A DNA stretch of 64,000 bases from Bacteroidia bacterium (GCA_021740845.1 JAIOYZ010000001.1:147246-211245); one strand, 5' to 3'; numbered from the stretch's first letter, positions 32,845 to 43,592 are shown. The notes: a model not told the origin generated them from the sequence alone. A program made the numbers and translations.

Positions 32845-33285
32845 ATGCTTAAGAAATTTTTTATCCTTGGTTTCTTTTTAACCCTTACTTTAAGTTCCTT
32901 CTCGCAGAAAATTGATGATGTAGTGGGTGTTTGGATCAACCCAGCAGCCACAGGAAAAATCAAAATTTTTAGAACTGGAGATTATTTTTATGGTAATTTA
33001 GTATGGATTGATAAGCCTTTAGACGATAAAGGTAACCCAAGGTTAGATGATAAGAACCCAGATGTTAGCAAGCGCTCTAGAAAGTTGCAAGGCTTATTAA
33101 TGCTAACTGGATTTACTTTCGACCCAAGTTCTAAGGTATGGGAAAATGGCCAGATTTACGACCCTAAAAGTGGTAAAACCTATAGTTGCAAAATGACCAT
33201 GAATAGCAATGGTGAATTAGATATTAGAGGCTTTATTGGCTTGTCTGTTATTGGTAGAAGCGAAACTTGGAAAAGAGTTGAATAA
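32845..33285 (+). CDS. DUF2147 domain protein, secreted.
   Basis: Signal peptide; VWENGQIYDPKSGKTYSCKM motif typical of DUF2147. Confidence 0.6.
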   Translation: MLKKFFILGFFLTLTLSSFSQKIDDVVGVWINPAATGKIKIFRTGDYFYGNLVWIDKPLDDKGNPRLDDKNPDVSKRSRKLQGLLMLTGFTFDPSSKVWENGQIYDPKSGKTYSCKMTMNSNGELDIRGFIGLSVIGRSETWKRVE

Positions 33286-33345
33286 AAACCTATAGTGTTT
33301 TGCTCAGTTCTTATTCTTAATTTGCCGCTGCATTAAATTATTTCC

Positions 33346-35202
33346 ATGAAAAAAATTGCTCAAATTATTCTTTTCGTTGCTTCTGGGTTTGCCTTAAATG
33401 CTCAAACTAATTCTGGTTTTACCTATTCTACCGTTAACCAAACTACGGCTAAGGCAGCAACTATTAACTTAATGGAATTGCCTAATTTGCCAGATGCGCA
33501 TATTATTAATATAAAAGCAGCACCTGCACCATTGAATGCTTCACAGGCTAAGAAATTAAGTTTGGATCAACAAAGAGCTACTTTTAAAAGAGGGCCTATT
33601 TTAAATAAGAAAGCAGGTGCAGCCGCTCCAACAGTTACTAAAAGTTTTAATGGAAATGTTACTCAAAGCACGCCAAACGACAATGATTTTTGCATTGGGA
33701 ATAGTGGTAGAATGATTTCTTGTGTGAATACCAATATCAATGTTTTTAATGATTCTGGAGTTCAAATTATTGGAAAAACTTTGGCAAGTTTAGGTCAGGA
33801 ATTGGGTCCATTAAATAGAACTTACGACCCTAGAACTATTTACGACCCCGTGGCAGATAGATATATTGTAGTTTATTTACAAGGAAGTTCTAGTTTAGAT
33901 ACTCGAATTATTATTGCCTTTTCAACTAGCGGTGATCCATCTAAAACATGGAATTTATATCAATTGCCTGGGAATATAACTGGGGATAGTTCTTGGAGCG
34001 ATTATCCTATTATTTCTTTGAGCAAAGACGAATTGTTTATTACCGTAAATCGCCTAAAAGACAATACATTTTGGAAGAATGGTTTCTTGGAATCTTATAT
34101 CTGGCAAGTTGATAAAAACAAAGGATTTGCGGGAGATTCATTGCCACAAAAAATTTATAATAATATTCAATTTAATGGCAAAAGTGTTTGGAGTATTTGT
34201 CCTGTAAAAGGTGGCTCTCAATTGTATGGGCCTGAAATGTATTTCCTTTCTCACCGACCATCTGATTTAACTAACGATACTGTTTTTGTGCATTATATAA
34301 CCAATACCATAGCATCTGGAAATGCTGAGTTAGGAATGAGAGTTCTTAAAAATCCAGTGTCTTATGGATTGCAGCCAAATGCTTTGATGCCAAACGGAAA
34401 GAAATTACAAACCAACGACGCTCGTGTATTGAGTGCAATGTATGAAGGCGGAGTAATTTATTATGTTGGAAATACTATCGACCCACAACGTTTTAGTCCT
34501 GGTGTATACTTTGGAAGAATTCATGAAATTTGGACGAGCACACCTCGTTTAGAAGGAACAATAATAGCATCTGATACATTAGATTTTGGCTACCCAAGTA
34601 TTGCCTATGTAGGTAGCGGAGAGAATGGCGATCACAGCAGTATGATAACTTTTTCTCATGTTTCGGATAAACAGTTTCCGGGAACATCTGTAGTTTATGT
34701 AGATAGGAATTTTAATATTTCGGAGCCAGTTTTTGTAAAGAAAGGCGAAGGAAATATTCAGTTGATAGGTGATACCGTTGAACGTTGGGGAGATTATACA
34801 GGGATTCAAAGGAAGTATAATGAATTAGGAGTTGCTTGGCTAAGTGGTTCTTGGGGAACGGCGCAAGGACAAAATAGAACTTGGATAGGAAGAGTTCAAA
34901 CCAATGATTTAACTTCTGGTTTGAACCAAACAAATGAAACTATTTCAACAGGAAAAGTTTATCCAAATCCAAGTTCGGAGCAAGTAACGTTTGAGTTTGA
35001 AATGAAAACCAAAAAACTATTGGGTGTTGAGTTGAGAAGTATTGATGGAAAGACAACACAGCTATTGGTTAAAGATTGGGCTAAGCCAGGTTTGAACCAA
35101 GTCCGCTTAGATATTTCTACTTTGAATTCGGGAATGTATTTCGTTAATCTATTATCAGATGAAGGCATTGAACATACGTTTAAGTTTGTGGTGCAGCATT
35201 AG
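33346..35202 (+). CDS. Secreted protein with a T9SS C-terminal sorting domain. Probable beta-propeller (sialidase/BNR-like) body.
   Basis: Signal peptide; C-terminal KVYPNPSSEQVTFEFE...GMYFVNLLSDEGIEHTFKFVV. Confidence 0.7.
   Translation: MKKIAQIILFVASGFALNAQTNSGFTYSTVNQTTAKAATINLMELPNLPDAHIINIKAAPAPLNASQAKKLSLDQQRATFKRGPILNKKAGAAAPTVTKSFNGNVTQSTPNDNDFCIGNSGRMISCVNTNINVFNDSGVQIIGKTLASLGQELGPLNRTYDPRTIYDPVADRYIVVYLQGSSSLDTRIIIAFSTSGDPSKTWNLYQLPGNITGDSSWSDYPIISLSKDELFITVNRLKDNTFWKNGFLESYIWQVDKNKGFAGDSLPQKIYNNIQFNGKSVWSICPVKGGSQLYGPEMYFLSHRPSDLTNDTVFVHYITNTIASGNAELGMRVLKNPVSYGLQPNALMPNGKKLQTNDARVLSAMYEGGVIYYVGNTIDPQRFSPGVYFGRIHEIWTSTPRLEGTIIASDTLDFGYPSIAYVGSGENGDHSSMITFSHVSDKQFPGTSVVYVDRNFNISEPVFVKKGEGNIQLIGDTVERWGDYTGIQRKYNELGVAWLSGSWGTAQGQNRTWIGRVQTNDLTSGLNQTNETISTGKVYPNPSSEQVTFEFEMKTKKLLGVELRSIDGKTTQLLVKDWAKPGLNQVRLDISTLNSGMYFVNLLSDEGIEHTFKFVVQH
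34918..34927 (-). repeat. GGTTCAAACC motif copy (in the T9SS protein CDS, encoding GLNQ). A 9/10 copy lies 26 nt upstream in inverse orientation.
   Basis: Exact 10-mer. Confidence 0.9.
35089..35098 (-). repeat. GGTTCAAACC motif copy (in the T9SS protein CDS, encoding GLNQ).
   Basis: Exact 10-mer. Confidence 0.9.
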
Positions 35203-35362
35203 TTTGTTATTGCTTTATTCTTGTGGTGCTAGCAAAAACAAGAAGGAAGTAAATCAAGAAAATACTGTGATTGAACAACCCAAGCCCTTAACAGATTCTG
35301 AAACAGATTCGTTGAAAAATTATCTGGATGCAGAGCGTGCAAGGCGCAGGCAAAAGCAATGA
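35159..35362 (+). CDS. Possible small lipoprotein (67 aa) overlapping the upstream gene 3' end by 44 nt.
   Basis: Lipobox LLLYSC after a basic N-terminus. Overlap makes the start uncertain. Confidence 0.35.
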   Translation: MKALNIRLSLWCSISLLLLYSCGASKNKKEVNQENTVIEQPKPLTDSETDSLKNYLDAERARRRQKQ

Positions 35363-36625
35363 TTAGCTCTTTACGATTTCGATTATTTTATTCATTACCT
35401 TCTCGGTAGCGCCTTTGTTTTGGTTAACAAAATTTCTGCTTTTTTCGCTTACAGAATTTCGGTAATTCTCATCATTTAAAACCTTTGTTATCCAATTGTC
35501 AAAATCGGTTTGCTGGTTTATTATAGTAGCAATTTCGGTTTGAACCAATTCTTTTGCTTCTGGAAAACGGTTGATTTTTGGTCCGAAGGCTAATGGCATT
35601 CCAAAGGCTGCTGCTTCCAAAGAATTATGCAAACCATTCTCCCAATAACCACCACCAATAAAGGCAGCATCAGCATAGCGGTAGGTTCGAGCCAATAATC
35701 CCATGCCATCTAAAATAAGCACTTGAAAATTTTGAAGTGGGGTGGAAGTATTTAGTTGTGAATACCGAATACACTTACCTTCAAATATCTTTTCAATGCT
35801 TGCAATTCGCTCATCTTCTACAAAATGTGGAGCAATAATGAGTTTGCATTTTAGGTTCAAACCGATTAATGCTTTAGCTAAAAATGTTTCTTCATTTACA
35901 TATGAACTGCCAGCCACAATAGTTAATTCTTGTTGCTTAAATTCATTAATATAGGGAATATCACCAAGGCTTTGGGTGATTTGAATCACGCGGTCGTAGC
36001 GGTTATCTCCAGTTACCATTTGCTGTTTGATTCCAATGGTTTTCAACAAATCTTCCGAGTGTTGGTTTTGATTAAAAATGAAGCTAAAGTAATGCAACAT
36101 TTCTTGATGAAAAGCTCCTATAGGTTTAAAAAAAATTTGGTTCGACCTAAATTGGGCAGCTAAAAGGAAAACAGGGATTTTCTTATTTTCTAAGGCTTGT
36201 AAATAGTAATACCAAAAATCATATTTGACCCAAAAAGCCATTGCTGGTTTTAAGGTTTCAATAAGCCAATCTGCATTTGTTTTGGATTCGAATGGAAGGT
36301 AATAAACCGCATCGCAAATGGAATCGTTGAGTTTAGATTCGTATCCAGATGGTGAAAAGAAAGTAGCAACTAATCTGTATTGGGGATAGCTCTTTTTTAA
36401 AGCTTCCATAACGGGTTTGCCTTGCTCAAATTCGCCTAAAGAAGAAACATGAAACCAAATACTTTTTTCGGTAAACTTAGCCTCGTTTTCAGCTATTTTT
36501 TGGTTCAAACCAACCTGACCTTTACAAAGTTTATTAGCTCTAATATTAAAAGGTGAAATAGCCTTTACTAAAGTAAAATAGGAGTTTGTGCCTATGGAGT
36601 ATAGTAGTTTACCAAGTGGTTTCAT
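35363..36625 (-). CDS. waaA: 3-deoxy-D-manno-octulosonic acid (Kdo) transferase.
   Basis: N-terminal WFHVSSLGEFEQGKPV... Kdo-transferase domain plus GT-B C-terminal domain. Confidence 0.85.
   Translation of the reverse strand: MKPLGKLLYSIGTNSYFTLVKAISPFNIRANKLCKGQVGLNQKIAENEAKFTEKSIWFHVSSLGEFEQGKPVMEALKKSYPQYRLVATFFSPSGYESKLNDSICDAVYYLPFESKTNADWLIETLKPAMAFWVKYDFWYYYLQALENKKIPVFLLAAQFRSNQIFFKPIGAFHQEMLHYFSFIFNQNQHSEDLLKTIGIKQQMVTGDNRYDRVIQITQSLGDIPYINEFKQQELTIVAGSSYVNEETFLAKALIGLNLKCKLIIAPHFVEDERIASIEKIFEGKCIRYSQLNTSTPLQNFQVLILDGMGLLARTYRYADAAFIGGGYWENGLHNSLEAAAFGMPLAFGPKINRFPEAKELVQTEIATIINQQTDFDNWITKVLNDENYRNSVSEKSRNFVNQNKGATEKVMNKIIEIVKS
35537..35546 (-). repeat. GGTTCAAACC motif copy (waaA CDS, copy 1 of 3).
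   Basis: Exact 10-mer. Confidence 0.9.
35854..35863 (+). repeat. GGTTCAAACC motif copy (waaA CDS, copy 2 of 3).
   Basis: Exact 10-mer. Confidence 0.9.
36502..36511 (+). repeat. GGTTCAAACC motif copy (waaA CDS, copy 3 of 3; encodes GLNQ on the coding strand).
   Basis: Exact 10-mer. Confidence 0.9.
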
Positions 36626-36626
36626 A

Positions 36627-37394
36627 CTACTTAAATTGGAATTCGTTTTCTTCTTTGGTGTTTAAATAAATTGGAATCATCCAACCAAAGCGAAAGGAAG
36701 TGGAGTAGTCCATTTTTTTGCTTAAATCAAAACTTGCTTGATCATAATTATAAGCTCTGCGGTTATAGGTTTGCGCTTGCATTAAATCTAAACCAAAATA
36801 TAAGTTAACAAAACGGTTTCTACTATGATAAATATATCCCATAAATTCATTGAAGGCAATTCCAGAACTTAAGCGATCGTAACCTTTTACGTAATCTGCA
36901 TCTAGTTGGGGAATGTCGTTATCGTGTGGGGTAAGTTTAATTTTATGTTGTATATATCCGATGCCACCTTGAACAAAAATTCCTGAGTTCATATTGCGTT
37001 TGTTAAATCCAATAACTCTACCCACTTTAATATAGGCATCGATACCTCTCATAAAAACAGAATAATTTGCAGGTGCTCCATTAATGGAACTGATATAACC
37101 ACCACTACAAATGAGGTTGTTAAGTATTTCTACTTCTTTTATTTCCTTGCCAAAAAGGTAATTCAACTCTCCAGAAACCACCCAATTGTTTTTAGTTTTA
37201 AACAATCCGCCTGTACCAACAGAACTAAATGCCCCATAAGTCTTACCAAAAGAACCCGATGGAACTCTATAATTATAAAGAAATTGAAGGTCGACCAATT
37301 TATTACTGAACATGTATTTGTCTTGTGCGCCCGCTAATAGCGGGAGGGTTAGGCAAAGTGTCAATAGTTTTCTAGCAGTTATTTTTAGGTTCAT
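36627..37394 (-). CDS. Predicted outer-membrane beta-barrel protein (possibly a lipid A deacylase PagL-like fold).
   Basis: Signal peptide, alternating aromatic/hydrophobic strands, C-terminal aromatic residue. Confidence 0.5.
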   Translation of the reverse strand: MNLKITARKLLTLCLTLPLLAGAQDKYMFSNKLVDLQFLYNYRVPSGSFGKTYGAFSSVGTGGLFKTKNNWVVSGELNYLFGKEIKEVEILNNLICSGGYISSINGAPANYSVFMRGIDAYIKVGRVIGFNKRNMNSGIFVQGGIGYIQHKIKLTPHDNDIPQLDADYVKGYDRLSSGIAFNEFMGYIYHSRNRFVNLYFGLDLMQAQTYNRRAYNYDQASFDLSKKMDYSTSFRFGWMIPIYLNTKEENEFQFK

Positions 37395-37529
37395 TCGAAA
37401 GCAAATATGCCAAATTTCGGCCTTATTCTAAAAAAAAATACATATGTGGGAATTATCAGGAAATATTATCCATTGTTTTTATATTTTCGTCGTAAGGTTT
37501 GCAGCCAAAGCAATTGATGAAAAGTTAAC

Positions 37530-37559
37530 TTTGTAAGCAATTGCCTGCATTTACTTTTG
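37530..37559 (+). promoter_or_regulatory. Candidate Bacteroidota promoter for ugd-uxs (-33 TTTG, 18-nt spacer, -7 TACTTTTG).
   Basis: Consensus-like elements about 25 nt upstream of the ugd ATG. Confidence 0.3.
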
Positions 37560-37583
37560 AAACATTAACCAGAAAACAAAAAA

Positions 37584-38909
37584 ATGAAAATCGTAGTAAT
37601 TGGAACCGGCTATGTAGGCCTTGTAACGGGAACTTGCTTTGCCGAAGTAGGTATTGATGTTGTATGTATTGATGTAGATACAAAAAAGATTGAAAACCTA
37701 AAGAAAGGAATCATGCCAATCTATGAACCAGGATTGGAAGAAATGGTAATAAGAAACCATGAGAAAGGTCGTTTGAATTTTTCTACCAATTTGGGCGAAA
37801 ATATTGCAGAAGCGGATGTGGCATTTATAGCAGTTGGAACACCTCCTGGTGAAGATGGTTCTGCTGATTTAAAATATGTATTAGGTGTAGCTAGAGAAAT
37901 TGGTTCGCATATTACAGACCATATAGTTGTTGTAACTAAGAGTACTGTGCCAGTTGGAACAGCAGAAAAAGTTAGAAAAGCAGTTCAAGAAGAATTAAGC
38001 AAACGTAGTTTAGCTATAGAATTTGACGTTGCTTCTAACCCTGAGTTCCTAAAAGAAGGTGCAGCTATTGATGATTTCTTGAAGCCAGATAGAATTGTGG
38101 TTGGGGTTGAGTCTAAGAAGGCAGAAGAAGTAATGCGCAAATTATACAAGCCGTTTTTATTAAATGGCCATCCAATTATTTTTATGGATGTACCTAGTGC
38201 CGAAATGACTAAATATGCTGCAAATGCCATGCTTGCAACTAAGATTAGTTTTATGAATGATATTGCTAACTTATGTGAAATAATGGGTGCAGATGTAAAC
38301 TTAGTTCGTAAAGGTATAGGCAGTGATCCTCGTATTGGTAATCGTTTTATTTATCCAGGTATTGGTTATGGTGGTTCATGCTTTCCAAAGGATGTGAAGG
38401 CGCTTATACGCACAGCATCTGAAAATGGCCATAACATGCGTATTTTGCAGGCTGTTGAAGAGGTAAATGAAGACCAAAAAAGTGTTTTGTTTAATAAGAT
38501 TGCAGCACATTATAAAGGCGATTTAAAAGGAAAAACTTTTGCCATGTGGGGATTATCGTTTAAGCCAAAAACAGACGATATGCGTGAAGCTCCATCTTTG
38601 GTAATAATTGAAAAGTTATTGCATGCTGGTGCAAATGTTAAAGCATACGATCCAGTTGCTATGCATGAAGCTAAAAAAGATTTAGGTGAGCAAATAGAAT
38701 ACAGCAAAGATCCAAACGATGCATTAATTGATGCAGATGCTTTGTTAATTGTAACTGAGTGGCCTGAATTTAGAACGCCTAACTTTAAAGTAATGAGTAA
38801 GCTCATGAAAGAAAAAGTAATTTTTGATGGTAGAAATATTTATGATTTGGAAGAAATGGAAGAGCATGGCTTCACCTACTATTGCATTGGAGTAAATACA
38901 AATAAATAA
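37584..38909 (+). CDS. ugd: UDP-glucose 6-dehydrogenase.
   Basis: [16 protein letters not shown] Rossmann motif; catalytic Cys in GGSCFPKD. Confidence 0.9.
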   Translation: MKIVVIGTGYVGLVTGTCFAEVGIDVVCIDVDTKKIENLKKGIMPIYEPGLEEMVIRNHEKGRLNFSTNLGENIAEADVAFIAVGTPPGEDGSADLKYVLGVAREIGSHITDHIVVVTKSTVPVGTAEKVRKAVQEELSKRSLAIEFDVASNPEFLKEGAAIDDFLKPDRIVVGVESKKAEEVMRKLYKPFLLNGHPIIFMDVPSAEMTKYAANAMLATKISFMNDIANLCEIMGADVNLVRKGIGSDPRIGNRFIYPGIGYGGSCFPKDVKALIRTASENGHNMRILQAVEEVNEDQKSVLFNKIAAHYKGDLKGKTFAMWGLSFKPKTDDMREAPSLVIIEKLLHAGANVKAYDPVAMHEAKKDLGEQIEYSKDPNDALIDADALLIVTEWPEFRTPNFKVMSKLMKEKVIFDGRNIYDLEEMEEHGFTYYCIGVNTNK

Positions 38910-38910
38910 T

Positions 38911-39885
38911 ATGGCAAATAAAAGAGTTCTTATCACTGGTGCTGCTGGGTTTTTAGGATCGCACCTTTGTGATAGATTCATAGCCGAAGGTTATGATGTG
39001 GTGGGAATGGATAATTTGATTACAGGTGATTTAAAAAATATTGAACACTTATTTAAATTAAAAGAGTTTGAATTTTACCATCACGATGTAAGTAAGTTTA
39101 TACATGTACCAGGTAAGATTGATTATATCTTGCATTTTGCCTCTCCAGCAAGTCCGATTGATTATTTAAAAATTCCTATCCAAACTTTAAAGGTTGGTTC
39201 ATTAGGAATTCATAATTGTTTGGGTTTAGCTCGTGTTAAAAATGCAAGGGTATTAATTGCATCAACTAGCGAGGTTTATGGTGATCCAATGGTTCATCCA
39301 CAAACTGAAGAATATTGGGGAAATGTAAATCCAGTTGGTCCTCGTGGGGTTTATGATGAAGCCAAGCGTTTTCAAGAAGCAATGACAATGGCTTACCATA
39401 CTTTCCACGGATTGGAAACTCGCATTGTAAGAATATTTAATACTTATGGTCCTCGCATGCGACTAAACGATGGTAGAGTATTGCCAGCATTTATTGGACA
39501 AGCTTTGCGTGGCGAAGATTTAACCATGTTTGGTGATGGTAGTCAAACACGCAGTTTCTGCTATGTGAGTGATTTGGTTGAAGGAATTTACCGTTTGTTA
39601 TTGAGCGACCATGTTCAGCCAGTAAATATTGGTAACCCAGATGAAATTACCATTCGTGAGTTTGGTGAAGAGATTATCAAATTAACTGGGACAAATCAAA
39701 AATTAGTTGCTAAGCCATTGCCTAAAGATGATCCAAAACAACGTAAGCCTGATATTACCAAAGCTAGGGAGATTTTGGGTTGGGAGCCAAAGGTAAATAG
39801 AGCAGATGGCTTAAAAATTACCTACGATTATTTTAAGAGTCTATCTCCTGAAGAACTAAATAAAACAGCACATCGTTTCGATTAA
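38911..39885 (+). CDS. uxs: UDP-glucuronate decarboxylase (UDP-xylose synthase), SDR family.
   Basis: [14 protein letters not shown] and YDEAKR motifs. Placement directly after ugd. Confidence 0.85.
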   Translation: MANKRVLITGAAGFLGSHLCDRFIAEGYDVVGMDNLITGDLKNIEHLFKLKEFEFYHHDVSKFIHVPGKIDYILHFASPASPIDYLKIPIQTLKVGSLGIHNCLGLARVKNARVLIASTSEVYGDPMVHPQTEEYWGNVNPVGPRGVYDEAKRFQEAMTMAYHTFHGLETRIVRIFNTYGPRMRLNDGRVLPAFIGQALRGEDLTMFGDGSQTRSFCYVSDLVEGIYRLLLSDHVQPVNIGNPDEITIREFGEEIIKLTGTNQKLVAKPLPKDDPKQRKPDITKAREILGWEPKVNRADGLKITYDYFKSLSPEELNKTAHRFD

Positions 39886-39905
39886 AGTTTCTTAATTAAT
39901 ACTTA

Positions 39906-39943
39906 AAAGGTCGCTTTTCCACAAAAGCGACCTTTTTTTTTGT
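39906..39943 (+). terminator. Rho-independent terminator after uxs.
   Basis: AAAGGTCGCTTTT-CCAC-AAAAGCGACCTTT followed by T9. Confidence 0.75.
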
Positions 39944-39999
39944 TTCCACCTATATGAATATTTGATTCGATACCCATATTTTTGGAAATCTTATAACAT

Positions 40000-40545
40000 A
40001 TGAAAAACATCCAAACACTAATTATTGCTTTTGCCTTTATGGGATTATCGGCATGTAGCAAATCAGACAGTACTGTTGATTCAGGTTCAAATAATAATAA
40101 TGGTGGAGGTAATAACACCCCTACATTTTATTTTAATTGTAAAGTAAATGGAATTGCAACAGATTTTAAAGCAATGACCCTGGTAAAGGATAACCCAGAT
40201 AATCCACAACAATTATTTTTGGTTGGAGCTTTAAGCAATACTGAGTTACCTTCACTTACATTTACATTAAATAATAAAGGTGGTTGGACAGATGGTTTAT
40301 CTTATACACTAGATGAAAACGATTTTGTGAATACTGTAGAGTTTAAAAATGCTGCAAAGTTATTATTTAAAAGTACTGCCACACCAGCATCTGCCACAAG
40401 TGGATTAAGAATAAAATTTGATACCATTAAATTACCAAAAGGAGAATATGCATCTGGAACTTTTTCTGGAACTCTTCAATTAGAAGAAAATACCACTTCT
40501 GTTACAATAACAGAAGGTAAGTTTAAAGTTGAGTTTCTTAATTAA
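40000..40545 (+). CDS. Hypothetical lipoprotein with an N/G-rich linker.
   Basis: Lipobox LSAC, followed by SGSNNNNGGGNN. Confidence 0.55.
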   Translation: MKNIQTLIIAFAFMGLSACSKSDSTVDSGSNNNNGGGNNTPTFYFNCKVNGIATDFKAMTLVKDNPDNPQQLFLVGALSNTELPSLTFTLNNKGGWTDGLSYTLDENDFVNTVEFKNAAKLLFKSTATPASATSGLRIKFDTIKLPKGEYASGTFSGTLQLEENTTSVTITEGKFKVEFLN

Positions 40546-40575
40546 TATTTGGTTCGAACCAAACCTAAAAAAAAA

Positions 40576-41535
40576 TTATGAATTGGGCAATTCCACTGGT
40601 TGGTATTGCCCAATTTTGTTTAACTCCAATAAAGTAGAATATCCGTTTTCTGATCTTTTAAACATAGGTAAAAACTTTGCGCCATAAACGATTTCATTCA
40701 AAGCATAACTATGGCGAGTATGAATTACCTGTGAATAGGTATCGTCAAAAGCTTTAAACATAAGAATAATTTCTGGGTTCATGTCTTCTAATTCCTTTTG
40801 GTTTAAACCAAACATAGGACTCTTATCATCAATGGGGTGAACTATTGTCCAACTAAGTGATAAGGCATTTACCTTGGCCAACTCTAAATTAAGGTTGATA
40901 AACCTTCTGGTGCCTGCTTCTTTATCTTGGTAATTAAATAATAAAGTAGCTTCACATTCTATCAATTGGTTTTTTCTTGCATTGGCAATTCTAAACATAA
41001 AGGCAGTCTTATCTTGATAAGGTGAAATGAGAGCTTTTTCACTATATAATAATTTTGCATAAGGCCTAGAAAATCGTCCATATAATAAACCTGTTACCAA
41101 GGCAAAACTCATTAAGCCTAATAATGCTTCAAACGATGCAAGCAGGTTGGCCATATTACCAATTGGACTAACCCTTCCATACCCAACGGTGGTTAATGTT
41201 TGAGCACTAAATGAAAATACCTCAATGAATTGACTTGCCATACTGGTATGAAAAATACCACTTAATTCTTCTAGTCCAATTAGAAAATAACCTATGGTAA
41301 AGGATAAATTAATAAGGATAAAAACAAGGATAATCATGGTGTTAAAATAACTCCAAGGCATGGTGATTAGTTGATGAAATGGGTTTATACTTTGCAAGAA
41401 ACCTTGACCATTTCTAATCACATTAAAGGTGCCATCTCTATTTAATAAACGGTCGCCTTGATTATTTGTTCCTGAGCCAAAACCAGTATATTTATTTGAT
41501 TTAAAACGTTTCTGAAGTTCGGATAATCTCGACAT
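40576..41535 (-). CDS. Inward-rectifier-type potassium channel (KirBac family).
   Basis: Two TM helices plus a pore helix with TTVGYG selectivity filter, and a cytoplasmic Ig-like C-terminal domain. Confidence 0.8.
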   Translation of the reverse strand: MSRLSELQKRFKSNKYTGFGSGTNNQGDRLLNRDGTFNVIRNGQGFLQSINPFHQLITMPWSYFNTMIILVFILINLSFTIGYFLIGLEELSGIFHTSMASQFIEVFSFSAQTLTTVGYGRVSPIGNMANLLASFEALLGLMSFALVTGLLYGRFSRPYAKLLYSEKALISPYQDKTAFMFRIANARKNQLIECEATLLFNYQDKEAGTRRFINLNLELAKVNALSLSWTIVHPIDDKSPMFGLNQKELEDMNPEIILMFKAFDDTYSQVIHTRHSYALNEIVYGAKFLPMFKRSENGYSTLLELNKIGQYQPVELPNS

Positions 41536-41540
41536 AGATT

Positions 41541-43583
41541 TTATTTAGATTCATTTGTTAATTCAGGTAGTTTGGCTTGCAATGCAAACATTTCATCACG
41601 CAATCTGGCTGCTTCAATAAAGTCTAAATCTTTTGAAGCTTTAAGCATACGTTTTTGTGTTTCATCTATAGCCTTTTTCAATTGTGCCGCATTCATATAG
41701 TTTAGAACTGGATCTGCTGCAATATTGATATTTTCGTTTTCTATGTAAGGCATTCCAACAGGACGAACAATTTGTGAATCGGCCACACTTGTTTGATCCA
41801 TGATATCTTGTATACTCTTTTTTACGGTAGTAGGAGTGATGCCATGTTTGGTATTGTATGCAATTTGGATTTGTCTCTTTCTTTCGTTTTCATCCATGGT
41901 CCTTTGCATGCTATCTGTAATTCTATCTGCATACATAATTACTTTGCCGTTTTCATTTCTGGCAGCTCTACCAATGGTTTGTGTTAATGATTTATCATTT
42001 CTTAGAAAGCCTTCCTTGTCGGCATCCATAATTGCTACTAAACTAACCTCAGGTAAGTCGAGGCCTTCTCTTAAAAGGTTCACGCCTATTAAAACATCAA
42101 ATTTACCAAGGCGTAAATCTCTTAATATTTCTACACGATCAATTGTCTTTACTTCACTATGGATATATCTACATTTGATATTTAACTTAGACATGTATTT
42201 ACTCAACTCCTCTGCCATTCTCTTGGTAAGAGTTGTCACTAGAATCCGATCGCCCATCTTAATGCGCTCGTCAATCTCATCTAATAAATCATCTACTTGG
42301 TTCAAACAGGGCCTTACTTCTAAAACAGGATCTAATAAACCTGTTGGTCTAATAATTTGTTCCACCACAATACCTTCGGCTTCTCTTACTTCATATTCAG
42401 AAGGCGTTGCACTAACATATATAGTTTGCGGAATAAGAGATTCAAATTCATTAAATTTTAAAGGACGATTGTCCATAGCAGATGGAAGTCTAAAACCATA
42501 TTCAACCAAGTTTTCTTTTCTACTTCTGTCGCCACCATACATGGCTCTTACTTGTGGCATGGTAGCATGACTTTCATCTACTATCAACAGAAAATCTTCG
42601 GGAAAATAATCAATCAAACAAAAAGGTCTATCACCAGGTTTTCTTTGATCCATATAACGGCTATAATTTTCAATTCCGCTACAATAACCCAATTCACGAA
42701 TCATCTCCAAATCAAAGTTCGTTCTCTCCTCTAAGCGTTTTGCTTCTAAAGGTTTTCCTATAGATTTAAAGTATTCAGTTTGCAAAACTAAATCATCTTG
42801 AATTGCCCGAATAGCCTGTTGAATTTGGTCTTTTGGCGTTACATAAATATTGGCAGGGAATATCGCTAAGTTGTCAACTGATTCTTGTTTTCTACCAGTG
42901 ATTGGGTCAATTATTGTTAATTCTTCAATATCATTTCCAAAGAAAGAAATCCTAAAAGCAATATCTGCATAAGCAGGAAATACATCCACCACATCGCCTT
43001 TAACTCTAAAATTTCCTCGTTGAAAATCTGCGGTTGTTCTGCTGTATAATGAGTCAACTAAAGAATATAACAAGGTATTTCTAGAAAGTTTATCGCCCTT
43101 CTTTAAGCGAATAATACTGTTCTCATAATCTTTTGGATTACCTGCACCATAGATACAACTTACCGAAGCAACAACTACAATATCTCTTCTTCCACTTAAT
43201 AAAGATGAGGTTGTTTTTAAACGCATTTTTTCAATTTCTGCATTTATCTGTAAGTCTTTTTCGATGTAGGTATTACTAGTAGGAATAAATGCTTCGGGTT
43301 GGTAATAATCGTAATAGGAAACAAAATACTCAATGGCATTATCAGGAAAGAACTGCTTAAATTCTCCATACAGTTGAGCTACTAATGTTTTGTTATGACT
43401 AACTATTAAAGTTGGTTTTTTTACTTGTTCAATAACATTGGCCATGGTAAATGTTTTACCAGAACCTGTAACACCTAAAAGTACTTGAGCTCTATCACCT
43501 CTGTTAATACCTTCTACCAAACTTTTAATTGCGAGAGGTTGATCACCAGTGGGTATAAATTGAGACGTTAATGAAAAATCCAT
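41541..43583 (-). CDS. uvrB: Excinuclease ABC subunit B.
   Basis: Walker A GVTGSGKT, helicase motifs, and a C-terminal UVR domain. Confidence 0.97.
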   Translation of the reverse strand: MDFSLTSQFIPTGDQPLAIKSLVEGINRGDRAQVLLGVTGSGKTFTMANVIEQVKKPTLIVSHNKTLVAQLYGEFKQFFPDNAIEYFVSYYDYYQPEAFIPTSNTYIEKDLQINAEIEKMRLKTTSSLLSGRRDIVVVASVSCIYGAGNPKDYENSIIRLKKGDKLSRNTLLYSLVDSLYSRTTADFQRGNFRVKGDVVDVFPAYADIAFRISFFGNDIEELTIIDPITGRKQESVDNLAIFPANIYVTPKDQIQQAIRAIQDDLVLQTEYFKSIGKPLEAKRLEERTNFDLEMIRELGYCSGIENYSRYMDQRKPGDRPFCLIDYFPEDFLLIVDESHATMPQVRAMYGGDRSRKENLVEYGFRLPSAMDNRPLKFNEFESLIPQTIYVSATPSEYEVREAEGIVVEQIIRPTGLLDPVLEVRPCLNQVDDLLDEIDERIKMGDRILVTTLTKRMAEELSKYMSKLNIKCRYIHSEVKTIDRVEILRDLRLGKFDVLIGVNLLREGLDLPEVSLVAIMDADKEGFLRNDKSLTQTIGRAARNENGKVIMYADRITDSMQRTMDENERKRQIQIAYNTKHGITPTTVKKSIQDIMDQTSVADSQIVRPVGMPYIENENINIAADPVLNYMNAAQLKKAIDETQKRMLKASKDLDFIEAARLRDEMFALQAKLPELTNESK

Positions 43584-43592
43584 TTTTATTAT

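Noticed and set aside
40546-40575. Palindrome TTTGGTTCGAACCAAA between convergent genes as a classical bidirectional intrinsic terminator
   Set aside because: The stem has essentially no loop. The U-tracts are mis-positioned relative to the hairpin for both strands. It is better explained as a variant copy of the genome-wide motif.
41800-42570. 256-aa plus-strand ORF inside uvrB, and similar antisense ORFs in rpoB, rpoC, mfd, the giant adhesin and the histidine kinase gene
   Set aside because: They are embedded antisense to well-supported conserved genes, with low-complexity or hydrophobic composition typical of AT-rich antisense frames.
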